A stretch of 64,000 nucleotides of DNA from Candidatus Latescibacterota bacterium (GCA_965116875.1 OZ220733.1:832001-896000), one strand, 5' to 3'. Counted from the first letter of the stretch, positions 48,803-58,686 are shown. The notes: generated from the letters alone by a model not told the origin. Numbers and translations are program-made.

Positions 48803-51800
48803 CTAGAAACCGATCCGCACGCCCATATTCACGTACCTCGGCGTTCCGCCGCGCCTGAAATTCGAGTCTCCGTACTTCAGGTAATTGGTGTCGTTGGGTG
48901 TGGGCTTCTTCAGGCCCCAGCGCACATAGTTGGAGCCGGAGGAGCCGTCGTAGAAGGTATTGAACAGGTTGAACACCTCCGCGTACAACGTGGGGGTGGT
49001 TTCCCCGATCCTGAACGACTTCTGGAAGTTGAGGTCGGTCCGGACGAAAATCGGTCGGTTGCGGACGGTCTGCACGCTCGTCCCGGGCAGGGTGATCTGG
49101 AACTGCCGCCCGTTGTCCAGCCGCCAGACCACGTTGGCCTGGATGCCGCCCAGGATCCTGGCGCCGCCGATTTCTTCGCCCGGCCCCCAGTCCATCGGCG
49201 TGGACCAGAGGAACTGGAAGGAGGCATTCGTGGTGGGCGGCTGCCCCCGGAACGCGTCCACCTGACGCCAGACGTCCTCGAACCAGAGGTTCTGCATCTC
49301 CTGCTTCTCTGATTCGCTCAAGCCGGGATATTCGCTCCAGGGACGTATCGCATCGAGCCGGTTCGTTCCCCACCCCCCGACGAACGTCGTTCCGTCCTGC
49401 AGTTTCTTTCGGATCGCCTCGTTCGCCCTGTGGCCGATCGTCCGGATTTCATCGTCGGTCAGACGAACAATTTCGTCATTCGCATCGACCGTGAAGTATT
49501 TCGAACTGGCAATGAAGTTGGAGTCCGGAAACGTCGTAACCTGAAGCTGTGAACCGCCCGACCAGTTGAAGAGCACCCAACTCACGTCCAGACCCACCCG
49601 GAATGAGAAGTTGTTGGAAAATGCCTTTGTGAAACCCATCTCGATACCCTTGGTTTCCAGGCGGGCGTTGGGACCGCGGTGACCCACGTAGGTAAGGGTC
49701 TGCACCGGATCCGAGAACCGATGCACCCCGCCCGAACCAACCCGTTCGGTCCGGCGGTAGTAGGTGGAAAGCTCCATCACGAAGTCGCTGACGAAGTTCC
49801 ACTCCCCGGTCACCTCGAACTCGGCGGTGCTCGGCAACCCCCCCGGGTTCTGATAGCCGCCGTCGAGCCGCCACTGCCCGCCCCCGATCCAGTTCAGATC
49901 GAACCAGACGTCGTCCAGTTCGGGGTGGTTCTGGGCGTCGGACGTGGTCCAGGGTTCCAGCCACAGCAGGGAGAATTGCGGGGGTTTGTAGTACACGCCG
50001 TAGGAATACCGCACGGTGGACCGTTCGGTGATCGGGTGGGACAGACCGATCCGCGGCGACAGGCTCGTCATCGGCCGCGTCTTCGCCAGCGGCACCCGCC
50101 CCGTGCGCCAGGCCTTGTAGGTCCTCCAGCCCGGCAGTGCCTTCATAAAGCCGGACAGAGTCCGCTCGGGCCCGCCCCAGAAGCTGTCGAAGCGAAGGCC
50201 TGCGTGCAGCACGAGGCCCTGGAACTCCAGCTTTTCGTCGACGTAAGCGGCCAGCCGGTTCACCGTATACCGCTTGCCGGGCTCGCTGTTGCCGGCCATG
50301 ATCTTCATCGTGGCGTTGGTCGCGCTGGACCGGTTGTAGTCCCAGTTGAGGTTGCTCATGTTCTGAAACACGAAACCGGCCTTGAAGAGATTCCGCCGGG
50401 TAAGCTGACCGGTGAAGTCGTACCGCAGGCTGTACCTGTTGTTGTCTTCCACCACGATGCGCCGGCGTTCCCGGTCTATGTTGAACTGCCCCAGCTTGTC
50501 CCTTCGCCAGGACGTCGTCGTGGCGTCGACGTCATCACCCGGGTCCGTTTTCGTCCCGTAGTACCCCACCTGGAATTCGTGGAACATCCGGGGGTTGATG
50601 CTCTGGGTGCCCGTTACGTAGAAGATCCGGTTGACCCGGTTCTGCTGGTACCCGGTCGTGCCGTTGATGAGGAAGAGGTTACCCCCCACCGAACGGTTGG
50701 CGTCGCCGAAGAACGTGGGCTCGTTGGACTGATTGAAGCCCAGCTTGACCTTGAGGTTCGGCGACGGGGTGAAGCTGATTTTTCCGAAGATGCTGTGCTG
50801 CCGCAGCCCCGTCAGCGTGGGCGCGGGCAGAGTAATCTTGCCGCGACTGGTTTTCCCGCTCACCACGAACGTGGCGTTCTCGCCCAGAGGACCGGTGACC
50901 CATCCCTCCACGAAATGTCCGACCGAACTCTCGTAGTCCTGCTTGACGTGGATCAGCTGCCCGGTGTCCGGGTCTTTCTCGTTCACCCATTCGGAGTTGT
51001 TCCACTGCAGCCTGTCGCGCCAGTACCCGTTCGCCCCGCCGCGCTGCCCCGGCGTGGCGTCGTACACGTTGGCGCCGCGGTGCCGCTTGCCGGGCAATTC
51101 CACCCTGAGGTCGAGGCCGCCCCGGTAAATCCGCGTGCCTTCCCTGCTGATGATGTTCACCACCCCCGCGGGCGACGAGGCCTGCGAGGCGTCCGCCCCG
51201 CCCCTGACCAGCCCCATCTCACCGACGGCGGTTACCGGCAGGTTCGTGTACTGCCGAACGCCCGTCTGCTGCGAGGTGTCCAGGTTCATCAACTCGATAC
51301 CGTCGAAGGTCCAGGTCTGCGCCGCGCGCATCGAATAATAGCTCATATGCCGGATGCGCACGCCGTTGCCGGGACTGTCGTTCACGTTCGTGCCCACGGC
51401 GTACTGCAGGTGCTCCCTGACGCCCCTGATGATGGGTACCTGCTCGATCTCCTGAGAGGATATCTTCGCCTCGCTGGACGTCCGGTCCACCTCCACCAGG
51501 GGCCGTTCTGCCCTCACCACGATTTCCGCGGCCTCCAGCGCCGATTCCCGCAGCGTAAAATCGGACACCGTCGTCAGGCCCGCGGCCACCTTGACCCGCT
51601 CCCGAATCACCGCCTCGAAACCGACCATCGATGCCTTCAGGGTGTATAGCCCGGGCTCGACACCGATGATGACGTAATACCCTTCGCTGTCGGACGTCGC
51701 ACCGAAGCGCGTCCCTTCCACCACGACGTTGGCCCCGGGCAGGGCGCCGCCGTCCGCGTCGGTCACCTGTCCGGTAATCTTGCCGTAGAAGGTCTGGGAC

Positions 51801-51865
51801 TGCGCCGGCCCCGCCAGCAGGCATAGCGCCGCAATGATGCCCAAAACCAATAATCCACGCCTCAT
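48803..51865 (-). CDS. TonB-dependent receptor with N-terminal carboxypeptidase-regulatory-like domain
   Basis: GKITGQVTD..LPGANVVVEGT..GATSD.EGYY; plug; LSPRIGLSHP; VFNLFN; terminal PRYVNMGVRIGF; AAGGAG SD before 51865. Confidence 0.9.
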   Translation of the reverse strand: MRRGLLVLGIIAALCLLAGPAQSQTFYGKITGQVTDADGGALPGANVVVEGTRFGATSDSEGYYVIIGVEPGLYTLKASMVGFEAVIRERVKVAAGLTTVSDFTLRESALEAAEIVVRAERPLVEVDRTSSEAKISSQEIEQVPIIRGVREHLQYAVGTNVNDSPGNGVRIRHMSYYSMRAAQTWTFDGIELMNLDTSQQTGVRQYTNLPVTAVGEMGLVRGGADASQASSPAGVVNIISREGTRIYRGGLDLRVELPGKRHRGANVYDATPGQRGGANGYWRDRLQWNNSEWVNEKDPDTGQLIHVKQDYESSVGHFVEGWVTGPLGENATFVVSGKTSRGKITLPAPTLTGLRQHSIFGKISFTPSPNLKVKLGFNQSNEPTFFGDANRSVGGNLFLINGTTGYQQNRVNRIFYVTGTQSINPRMFHEFQVGYYGTKTDPGDDVDATTTSWRRDKLGQFNIDRERRRIVVEDNNRYSLRYDFTGQLTRRNLFKAGFVFQNMSNLNWDYNRSSATNATMKIMAGNSEPGKRYTVNRLAAYVDEKLEFQGLVLHAGLRFDSFWGGPERTLSGFMKALPGWRTYKAWRTGRVPLAKTRPMTSLSPRIGLSHPITERSTVRYSYGVYYKPPQFSLLWLEPWTTSDAQNHPELDDVWFDLNWIGGGQWRLDGGYQNPGGLPSTAEFEVTGEWNFVSDFVMELSTYYRRTERVGSGGVHRFSDPVQTLTYVGHRGPNARLETKGIEMGFTKAFSNNFSFRVGLDVSWVLFNWSGGSQLQVTTFPDSNFIASSKYFTVDANDEIVRLTDDEIRTIGHRANEAIRKKLQDGTTFVGGWGTNRLDAIRPWSEYPGLSESEKQEMQNLWFEDVWRQVDAFRGQPPTTNASFQFLWSTPMDWGPGEEIGGARILGGIQANVVWRLDNGRQFQITLPGTSVQTVRNRPIFVRTDLNFQKSFRIGETTPTLYAEVFNLFNTFYDGSSGSNYVRWGLKKPTPNDTNYLKYGDSNFRRGGTPRYVNMGVRIGF

Positions 51866-52016
51866 ACGCCAACTCCTTAGCTGATAGATCCGTGTACGAT
51901 CCAACCGTCGAATTCTCATTACTCCGGGATCCTCTCCATAGGCGATCCTCCCTGTCTGTTGCCAAACCGGTTGAAGTGGATTCAAGACAGTTTCGAACGG
52001 ATCTCCGGTAAAGGGT

Positions 52017-52682
52017 TCATTCGCCCGCGCCGAAGTCCCCCGCGAAGCTGATAAAGTCCTGGAAGTTTATGGTGTCGTCTCCATTCAGGTCGAATACCGG
52101 ATTGAACTCCGCGTCGCCCCGGCTCCTTCCGAATGCAGCAGCGAAGCTCGCGAAGTCCGCAAAGTCAACCTTCCCGTCCGCGTTGAAGTCGGACCGGAGC
52201 CGCGAAGTCACGGGAATGCTGCTGAAGACTCCGGGATTGCTCAACGACAGGATCCGGCCCGGCGCAGGGTCGCCGACCCGCCATGCGCCCGCCGGATCGC
52301 CGAGTTCCATGCCGTTCGTGAATCCGTCCCGGTCGGAGTCAAGCAGCGCCAGGCTTGGCCCCCACACGACGTTTCCGGAATATCCGGCCTGGGACAGAAA
52401 CCCACTCTTTATCGTCACTCCGAAGGCGTTCAGAGGACCCCCGCCGCCGGTGTACGTGTGGCAACTGGCGCAGATCTCGTCGCCTTCGTTTATGGCTTCA
52501 TGCGTCGACTCCGAAAGCGGAATATCGAGCCTTGTGGTTGTTCTGCCCCGGTCGACGTGGCAGGTACGGCACCGGGCCGCGTTGGCATTGGGAACCTGGA
52601 GTACCCGTTTCGGCCGCGCCTCTGTCTCAGGGCGTACCAGGAAGACGAGGACAAGGACAACCGCTGCGGTCCGGGCGTTCAT
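52017..52682 (-). CDS. Secreted temptin-like protein with two CxxCH motifs and C-terminal dockerin-like EF-hand pair
   Basis: CRTCH, CASCH; GGGPLNAFG, DSDRDGFTNGMELGDP, SNPG; DFNADGKVDFADF and DLNGDDTINFQDF. Confidence 0.75.
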   Translation of the reverse strand: MNARTAAVVLVLVFLVRPETEARPKRVLQVPNANAARCRTCHVDRGRTTTRLDIPLSESTHEAINEGDEICASCHTYTGGGGPLNAFGVTIKSGFLSQAGYSGNVVWGPSLALLDSDRDGFTNGMELGDPAGAWRVGDPAPGRILSLSNPGVFSSIPVTSRLRSDFNADGKVDFADFASFAAAFGRSRGDAEFNPVFDLNGDDTINFQDFISFAGDFGAGE

Positions 52683-53420
52683 TTAGCGCATGAAGTACTT
52701 GACGCCGACCATCAGGTTGAAACTGAAAATCGGAAAGGCCTTCTTCAGTTCCCAGTCTTCGTAGGGCCTCAACTCGCCCATCGACACGTTCCAGCGGAAC
52801 CTGAAATCCACGAGGAACTGATCCGAGGTTCGGTGGTAGAAGCCCAACCCGGTGTTAATCGACAGCGCCACGTCCTCGTCCACCGTGGTTTCCACCATGC
52901 CCTGCGCATCCGTTCTGATCTGTTCGCCCACCTGCCCCGGCCAGATCAGACCCGATACCTCGTGGGTATATCGTAAAAACCCGATCCCGGCCGCAATGTA
53001 CGGAACGCTCTGTCCGACTACATCGCGCTTGAAACTGCGCAAACCGTTGACCACGATGCCGCCGATCCACATGTTCGCCTCGGCGCCGGGGCTCTTTACC
53101 GATGAACCGTTCGCCGCACCCAGACCGTTGTGCCAGGTGAAACTCCGGTCGGCCAGACCGGCGTCTGACAGCGGAGAGTACGTCACTTCCACTTCCGTCA
53201 TCGTTCTGTCTGACACCTGGTACGTCAACTGGCCGATAAACGCCGGCGAAATATTGTACCAACCCTTGAGCGGCCCCGCCGGCCGCAACATGGATCCGTG
53301 GACGCCGAGCGCGTAACGCAAGTCCTGCGCGTGCGAGGTGGACGTGATACCGAGTCCGAACAGAATAAACGCGCCCAGGACCGGGACGAGCGCCAATCTG
53401 AGAATGCCCGTTGCCTTCAT
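52683..53420 (-). CDS. Small outer-membrane beta-barrel (OmpA/OmpW-like)
   Basis: Signal peptide; VPYIAAGIG; alternating beta strands; C-terminal GVKYF. Confidence 0.75.
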   Translation of the reverse strand: MKATGILRLALVPVLGAFILFGLGITSTSHAQDLRYALGVHGSMLRPAGPLKGWYNISPAFIGQLTYQVSDRTMTEVEVTYSPLSDAGLADRSFTWHNGLGAANGSSVKSPGAEANMWIGGIVVNGLRSFKRDVVGQSVPYIAAGIGFLRYTHEVSGLIWPGQVGEQIRTDAQGMVETTVDEDVALSINTGLGFYHRTSDQFLVDFRFRWNVSMGELRPYEDWELKKAFPIFSFNLMVGVKYFMR

Positions 53421-53724
53421 AACTTCGGACCTCCTTTCGAACCGCGGCCGTGTGACAGCCGGCGAATTGCACCAGATTTGGATTCAGTTTACACCGCATC
53501 GAAACTCCATCCAGTCAATCCATAATGTTGCACCAATACATAATATAAGGCGGGTTTCACAGAAATACAAAGAGAAAATCGACTATTTTTAATAGGTCGA
53601 ATTAAAAAAAATTAACGACAATCCGGCTCGAAAAAACGAACTCTGCTGTTCTGACTGTTTTTGTCTGTGCGTGTTCGAGGTCCTGACGTATCTTTTAAGG
53701 AAGAAGGAAAAAGGAAAAAGGAAG

Positions 53725-54360
53725 AAGTAGCGGTAACTTTGACGTCTGTCATTTCTGCAATCGGACTCTCGCAAGAATCGAATGGAAGCGGATTGCTGTG
53801 GAGAGCGGAAAACCGGCGGCGTTTCCTTGAAATTCAGAGTGTCTATGGATGACCGGCACGCGAAACCTGGCCTTGCACCCTCTCTCCCGGACCTACCCCC
53901 TAACCCCCTTCCTGAAGGAAGGGGGAATGTTGACGGGTGGCTGTACAGGTTTTGTGACGTGCCGGATGGCGATTACCTTTCGATCAGGGCATTTATAGAA
54001 GCCCGGCACGCGACGTACCGGTTTCCTCCCTCTTTCCTTTAGGAGAGAGGGCCGGGGAGAGAGGTCGGTGCTGGGTGGAGGGGTCGCTTTTGACTTTGCC
54101 TTTCGCTTTTAACTGACGGCTGATGGCTGACAGCTTCTTCCGAGAGGGCCGGGGAGAGAGGTCTGCGGGGGGACCTATCCCCTAACCCCCTTCCTGAAGG
54201 AAGAAGGAAAAAGTAGCGGTAACTTTGACGTCTGTCATTTCTGCAATCGGACTCTCGCAAGAATCGAATGGAAGCGGATTGCTGAGGAGAGCGGAAAACC
54301 GGCGGCGTTTCCTCGTAAATCAGAATGTCTATCAATAACCGGCACGCGAAACCTGGCCTT
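53725..54360 (+). repeat. ~150-bp direct repeat pair (53725-53874, 54211-54360) with CCCCCTTCC/GGAAGGGGG and CCCTCT/AGAGGG palindromes
   Basis: Near-identical AAGTAGCGGTAACTTTGACG...GAAACCTGGCCTT blocks 486 bp apart. Confidence 0.85.
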
Positions 54361-54410
54361 TCCCCCTCTTTCCTTTAGGAGAGAGGGCCGGGGAGAGAGG
54401 TCGCATAAAG

Positions 54411-54530
54411 GCGGGTAGAGGGTAGACGGAAGACGTTAGAAGAAATCCTTGCCCGGTAGGTTAATCTTCTTGCCTCCGGCACGAGAAGAAGCCTCACGAG
54501 GCAGGCAATCTCTCCCCTCTCCCCTCTCCC
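54411..54530 (+). repeat. Dispersed repeat family C
   Basis: Matches the reverse complement of 58555-58686. Confidence 0.7.
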
Positions 54531-54613
54531 GTCTCCCCGTTTCTGAAGGGCCGGGGAGAGAGGTCTGTGGGGAAGGGCGGAGATGTTAGACTTTGACTTT
54601 GTCTTCGTTTCTA

Positions 54614-54660
54614 GCTGATAGCTGACGGCTGATCGCTGATAGCTGACGGCTGATCGCTGA
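54614..54660 (+). repeat. Heptamer tandem repeat GCTGA(TA/CG/TC) with a 21-bp higher-order unit
   Basis: (GCTGATA GCTGACG GCTGATC)x2 plus GCTGA. Confidence 0.9.
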
Positions 54661-56181
54661 ATGCATGTTTTTGACAGGAAAAAAAGGACGAATCAGATGG
54701 AACGGGCTGGCCGGCGCGTTTTGAGGGCGCCTTTACTCCTTGCGATTGTCTTCGCCGCAACCCTGTTCCCGGACGCCGCCGGCGCCACAACGGAAATGCC
54801 GCCCGCCGCGCGCGAGGCCCTTGAAGCCGGTCTCAGACTCGCCGGCGCCGGCAGGCTGGACGACGCGTCTCGCGAAATGGCGCGGGCCGCCGAACTGGCG
54901 CCGGAATCGGCCCAGGTCTGGCACAACTACGGTATCCTGAGCGCGCAGATGGGCCGGCTGGACGACGCCGTGGAGATGCTGGAACGCGCGGCAAGGCTGG
55001 AGCCGGACTACCGGCACACCCACGTCGTACTTGGCGCCGTCTACCAGCGCATGGGAAGGCTGCAGGATGCCGGACGCGCGTATCGGCGCGCGGCGGACCT
55101 GGCGCCGAATCTGCCGGACGCGCACCGGGCCCTCGGACTACTCGCCGTTGTGCGTAACGACCTCGCCGTGGCGGCGGCCGCATTCAGGCGGGCCGCGGCG
55201 CTGGCGCCGGGCAGTGCGGAGCTTCAATACAGGCTGGGCGCCGTGGAGTTGAAGCAGGGCAACGGGAAGGATGGGGAAGCGGCCCTGAAGCGGGCCGTCG
55301 CCCTGAAACCGGACCTGCTGCCGGCCTGGCTGGAACTGGCGGCTTATTACAAACAGCAGCGCTACCTTGACCCGGCGTTGGATGCATACCGCCGCGCCGC
55401 CGTGCTGGATCCCGCCTCCGCGGCCGCGTGGCTCGGTGTGGGGGACGTCGAAGCCGCCAAAGACAACGCCTCCCGTGCCGCCAACGCCTTCCGGAAGGCC
55501 GAAAAAGCGGATCCCTCGAACCCCGACGCGCCCTTCATGCTCGGCCGGGCGCTGATGAACCTGGGACGTACCGCGGACGCCGTCCCGGCGTTCCAGCGGG
55601 CTGTCGGGCGAACGCCCGACTTTGCCGACGCTCGATCTGCCCTTGCGGGGGCATACGCTGCTCTCGGGGAGGACCGGAAAGCTGTCGAATCGTACCGTGA
55701 GGCCGTCCGGTACGCGCCGTCACACGCGGGCGCTTATTTCGGGATGGGTGACGTTCTGCTGAGAATGGGCCGCCTGCCCGAAGCGGAGGCGGCGTTCCGG
55801 CGGGCGATCGCGCTGGACCCCGGCCATGCCAGGGCCCGCTACGGCCTGGGGCGCGCCTGCATGCTCCAGGGGCGTCACGAGGAAGGGAAACGGGAATTGG
55901 CGGAATTCGAGCGGCTGTCCGGGGAAGCGCACACGCTGGACGTTCTGGAGCGCGCTGCGCTGCGCAATCCCGAAAACCCCGAACTGCACGATCGACTCGG
56001 CCGGCTCTACGCTTCGAGGGGGCGGACCAGGGATGCGGCCGCCGCGTTCGGCCGCGCCGCGGCGCACTACGAGCGGGCGGGAAGAATCGATGCGGCGCGG
56101 CGGGCGCTGAAGCGCGTCCTGTCGCTGAACCCGTCGGACGAAGCGGCCCGCGCCGACCTCTCCCGCCTTGGGAAAAACTGA
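54661..56181 (+). CDS. Secreted all-TPR protein; start uncertain
   Basis: Successive 34-aa A..LG....G...A...Y/F.RA..L.P repeats; signal peptide. Confidence 0.88.
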   Translation: MHVFDRKKRTNQMERAGRRVLRAPLLLAIVFAATLFPDAAGATTEMPPAAREALEAGLRLAGAGRLDDASREMARAAELAPESAQVWHNYGILSAQMGRLDDAVEMLERAARLEPDYRHTHVVLGAVYQRMGRLQDAGRAYRRAADLAPNLPDAHRALGLLAVVRNDLAVAAAAFRRAAALAPGSAELQYRLGAVELKQGNGKDGEAALKRAVALKPDLLPAWLELAAYYKQQRYLDPALDAYRRAAVLDPASAAAWLGVGDVEAAKDNASRAANAFRKAEKADPSNPDAPFMLGRALMNLGRTADAVPAFQRAVGRTPDFADARSALAGAYAALGEDRKAVESYREAVRYAPSHAGAYFGMGDVLLRMGRLPEAEAAFRRAIALDPGHARARYGLGRACMLQGRHEEGKRELAEFERLSGEAHTLDVLERAALRNPENPELHDRLGRLYASRGRTRDAAAAFGRAAAHYERAGRIDAARRALKRVLSLNPSDEAARADLSRLGKN

Positions 56182-56225
56182 CCGCGCCGGCCGGCCCCCT
56201 TCGGAGCGCCACTGTCGACGGACTG

Positions 56226-57509
56226 TCAGTCATCGCGCCCGCGGGGTGTCAACCGTCCGTAGTACACCTCGTTGCTGTTCTGCTCGGAGGGCCCCGTCCA
56301 GTAGCAGTCCACAAAGGGCGCACGGGTTCCGCCGGCGCGCGTGGTATTGGTAAAGAAGTGCCAGAGCCGGGACGGCATATCCAGCTGAACCGGTTCGCTG
56401 ATCCGGTCCCAGCGTCCGTCTTCGCCTTCGGCGTACCAGACGCCCTCCGCGTTGCTTCTGCCCCCGCGCGTCAGGAAGTAGTGGAAGCGGCCGTCCGGTC
56501 CCTGGTAGATCCGGCCCCCGTTGAAGTTCCCCATACAGAAGTGTTCGAACGGCCCGCCGGGTTCTCCGACCGCGTGATAGAGCAGGCTGTTCCCCGGGTC
56601 CTGACCCCGCCCCGCCCATACGGTGGTGGCCGGCTGACGGTTTTCATAGTACGTCAGGTGCACCCGCCCCTGCATATCCATCATCAGGTCCTGGTGATCG
56701 GTGGTTCCTCTGGCGCGACCGTCGAATGTATCGGACACGTCGCTGATGACCGTCATCCGCCAGTCTTCCGGGGATTCGAACACGTCCGGGCAGTAGTAAT
56801 AATAGGCCTTCAGGACAGGGTAGATGCCGCGGGGCGTCTCAATCGTACTGATCTCGCCGGTTTCGCGATCCCTCAGCTTCACGGTCTGGTTGGGAAACTG
56901 CTCGCCCGCCAGGAAATAATCGTCGCTGGAAATCGAGTGCGCCTCCGCGCCGTTGAGGATCACGAAGTTGTAGCCGCGGTTCTGCTCGTGTTTCACGCTG
57001 CCCGACACCGCCGGACGATAGCCTGTTTCCGGGTCCAGCACGTACCAGGTCATGGTTGGCAGCCCGCCGGCGACAAGGATGCGGTCGGCCGCGTCGATCG
57101 ACGCGCCGAAGCGACTGTCCGCGGTGGCGTATTCCTGAATCGTGAACCTCTGAACCTGGCCGGGCGGATCGAAGATGGCGTGGTAACTGGCGTTCTCGCC
57201 CGCGATCACGTGCAGCCGCCCGCCGCGGTCGACAAGCAGGTTGCCGTTCTGCGGCACCGGGGGCAGAGGGTCGCTCGCCTCCCAACGCCCGTCGCCAACG
57301 CGCCGGAACACCACAAGCGTCATATCGTCCCGCCAGCTCAGCGCATAGACGTCCTCGCCCGAACGGACGATATTGGACTGGTTGTATCCCCAGCAGCTTG
57401 CGCCGCTGCCTCCGGTCTGCAGGCGCCCCGCCGTGTCCGTAATCATCTCCACGTCGAAACGCGGCCGCACCGGCTGCGTACAGGTCACGTGGACCCGTTC
57501 CGGTTTCAT
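56226..57509 (-). CDS. Hypothetical beta-rich (BNR/propeller-like) protein
   Basis: ATGA overlap with the oppF stop; AAGGAGG SD; D..GRLHV / GRVHL repeats. Confidence 0.65.
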   Translation of the reverse strand: MKPERVHVTCTQPVRPRFDVEMITDTAGRLQTGGSGASCWGYNQSNIVRSGEDVYALSWRDDMTLVVFRRVGDGRWEASDPLPPVPQNGNLLVDRGGRLHVIAGENASYHAIFDPPGQVQRFTIQEYATADSRFGASIDAADRILVAGGLPTMTWYVLDPETGYRPAVSGSVKHEQNRGYNFVILNGAEAHSISSDDYFLAGEQFPNQTVKLRDRETGEISTIETPRGIYPVLKAYYYYCPDVFESPEDWRMTVISDVSDTFDGRARGTTDHQDLMMDMQGRVHLTYYENRQPATTVWAGRGQDPGNSLLYHAVGEPGGPFEHFCMGNFNGGRIYQGPDGRFHYFLTRGGRSNAEGVWYAEGEDGRWDRISEPVQLDMPSRLWHFFTNTTRAGGTRAPFVDCYWTGPSEQNSNEVYYGRLTPRGRDD

Positions 57510-58465
57510 CCGATTCCTCCTTCCGTGAGAAAACACGCGGCCTGATGTCCCGTATCGACCTCCATCAGCTGCGGCGTCTCCCGGCTGCACCGGTCCATGC
57601 GGTACGGGCACCGCGGATGGAACGCACAGCCCGGCGGGGGATCGACGGGGCTTGGAACTTCACCTTCCAGGATGATCCGCTCCGACTGCGCATCCGGATC
57701 GAGGCGCGGCGCCGAAGACAGCAGAATCTGCGTATACGGATGGCGCGGCCGCCCGTACAGGGCTTCCGTCGGGCCAACCTCCACCAGCTTTCCCAGGTAC
57801 ATGACGCCCACGACGTCCGAAAGGTGTTCAACGACCTTCAGATCGTGAGAGATGAACAGGTACGCCAGACCGAAGCGTTCCTGCAGGGTTTCCAGAAGGT
57901 TCAAAATCTGCGCCTGGATGGAGAGATCCAGCGAGGAGACCGGCTCGTCGCAGATCACGAACTGCGGTTTCAGGGCCAGCGCGCGGGCGATCGCGACGCG
58001 CTGCTGCTGCCCGCCCGAGAACTCGTGCGGAAACGTGTCCGCCAGCCGCCGCCCCACGCCAACCAGGTCGAGCAGGCGGCCCACCTCTTCCTCACGTTCC
58101 CGCTTCGTGCCCACCCTGTGGATCTTCAGGGCGTCCCCCACGATGGCGCCCACGCTCATCATCGGGTTCAGGGACGCCAGCGGGTCCTGAAAGACAATCT
58201 GCATCTGCCGCCGCAGCGCGCGCAGTTCCCTGCCGGAAAGCGCGCCCACGTCCCGTCCCTCGAAAACCACCCGTCCCCCGGTGGGCTCGTACAGTCGCAG
58301 GACCGCGCGAGCCAGGGTCGACTTGCCGCTGCCGCTTTCTCCAACCAGGCCGAAGGTCTGGTTGCCGTGGATCTGAAACGTCACCCCGTCCACGGCCCTC
58401 ACCACGTCCCGGCCCTGATCAAAATGCATCTTCAGGTCCTCTACCCGCAACAACGGTTCCGACAT
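57506..58465 (-). CDS. oppF: Oligopeptide/dipeptide ABC transporter ATP-binding subunit
   Basis: GESGSGKS, FQDPLASLNP, FSGGQQQR, CDEPVSSLD, HPYT, GCAFHPRCP. Confidence 0.9.
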   Translation of the reverse strand: MSEPLLRVEDLKMHFDQGRDVVRAVDGVTFQIHGNQTFGLVGESGSGKSTLARAVLRLYEPTGGRVVFEGRDVGALSGRELRALRRQMQIVFQDPLASLNPMMSVGAIVGDALKIHRVGTKREREEEVGRLLDLVGVGRRLADTFPHEFSGGQQQRVAIARALALKPQFVICDEPVSSLDLSIQAQILNLLETLQERFGLAYLFISHDLKVVEHLSDVVGVMYLGKLVEVGPTEALYGRPRHPYTQILLSSAPRLDPDAQSERIILEGEVPSPVDPPPGCAFHPRCPYRMDRCSRETPQLMEVDTGHQAACFLTEGGIG

Positions 58466-58478
58466 AGTACCGCCCGTT

Positions 58479-58686
58479 AACCTCAATTCCAAAAAGACAA
58501 CCGTCAAATTGGCCGCAAAGAGCCTGAATGCGGGGAGACGGCAGACCAAAAGCGGTGAGCCGGGAGCCGGTAGAGGGTAGAGATTACCTGCCTTGTGAGG
58601 CTTCTTTTCCTGCCAGAGGCAAGGAGGGATAAACTAGCGGGCAAGGATATCTTCTACCGTCTTACGTCTCCCGTCTACCCGGTTTT
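58479..58686. repeat. Composite of family D (58479-58546) and family C (58555-58686, reverse)
   Basis: Sequence similarity to 14631-14703 and 54411-54530. Confidence 0.65.

Noticed and set aside
53725-54660. Possible CRISPR array
   Set aside because: No constant 23-47-bp repeat with regular unique spacers; no cas genes.
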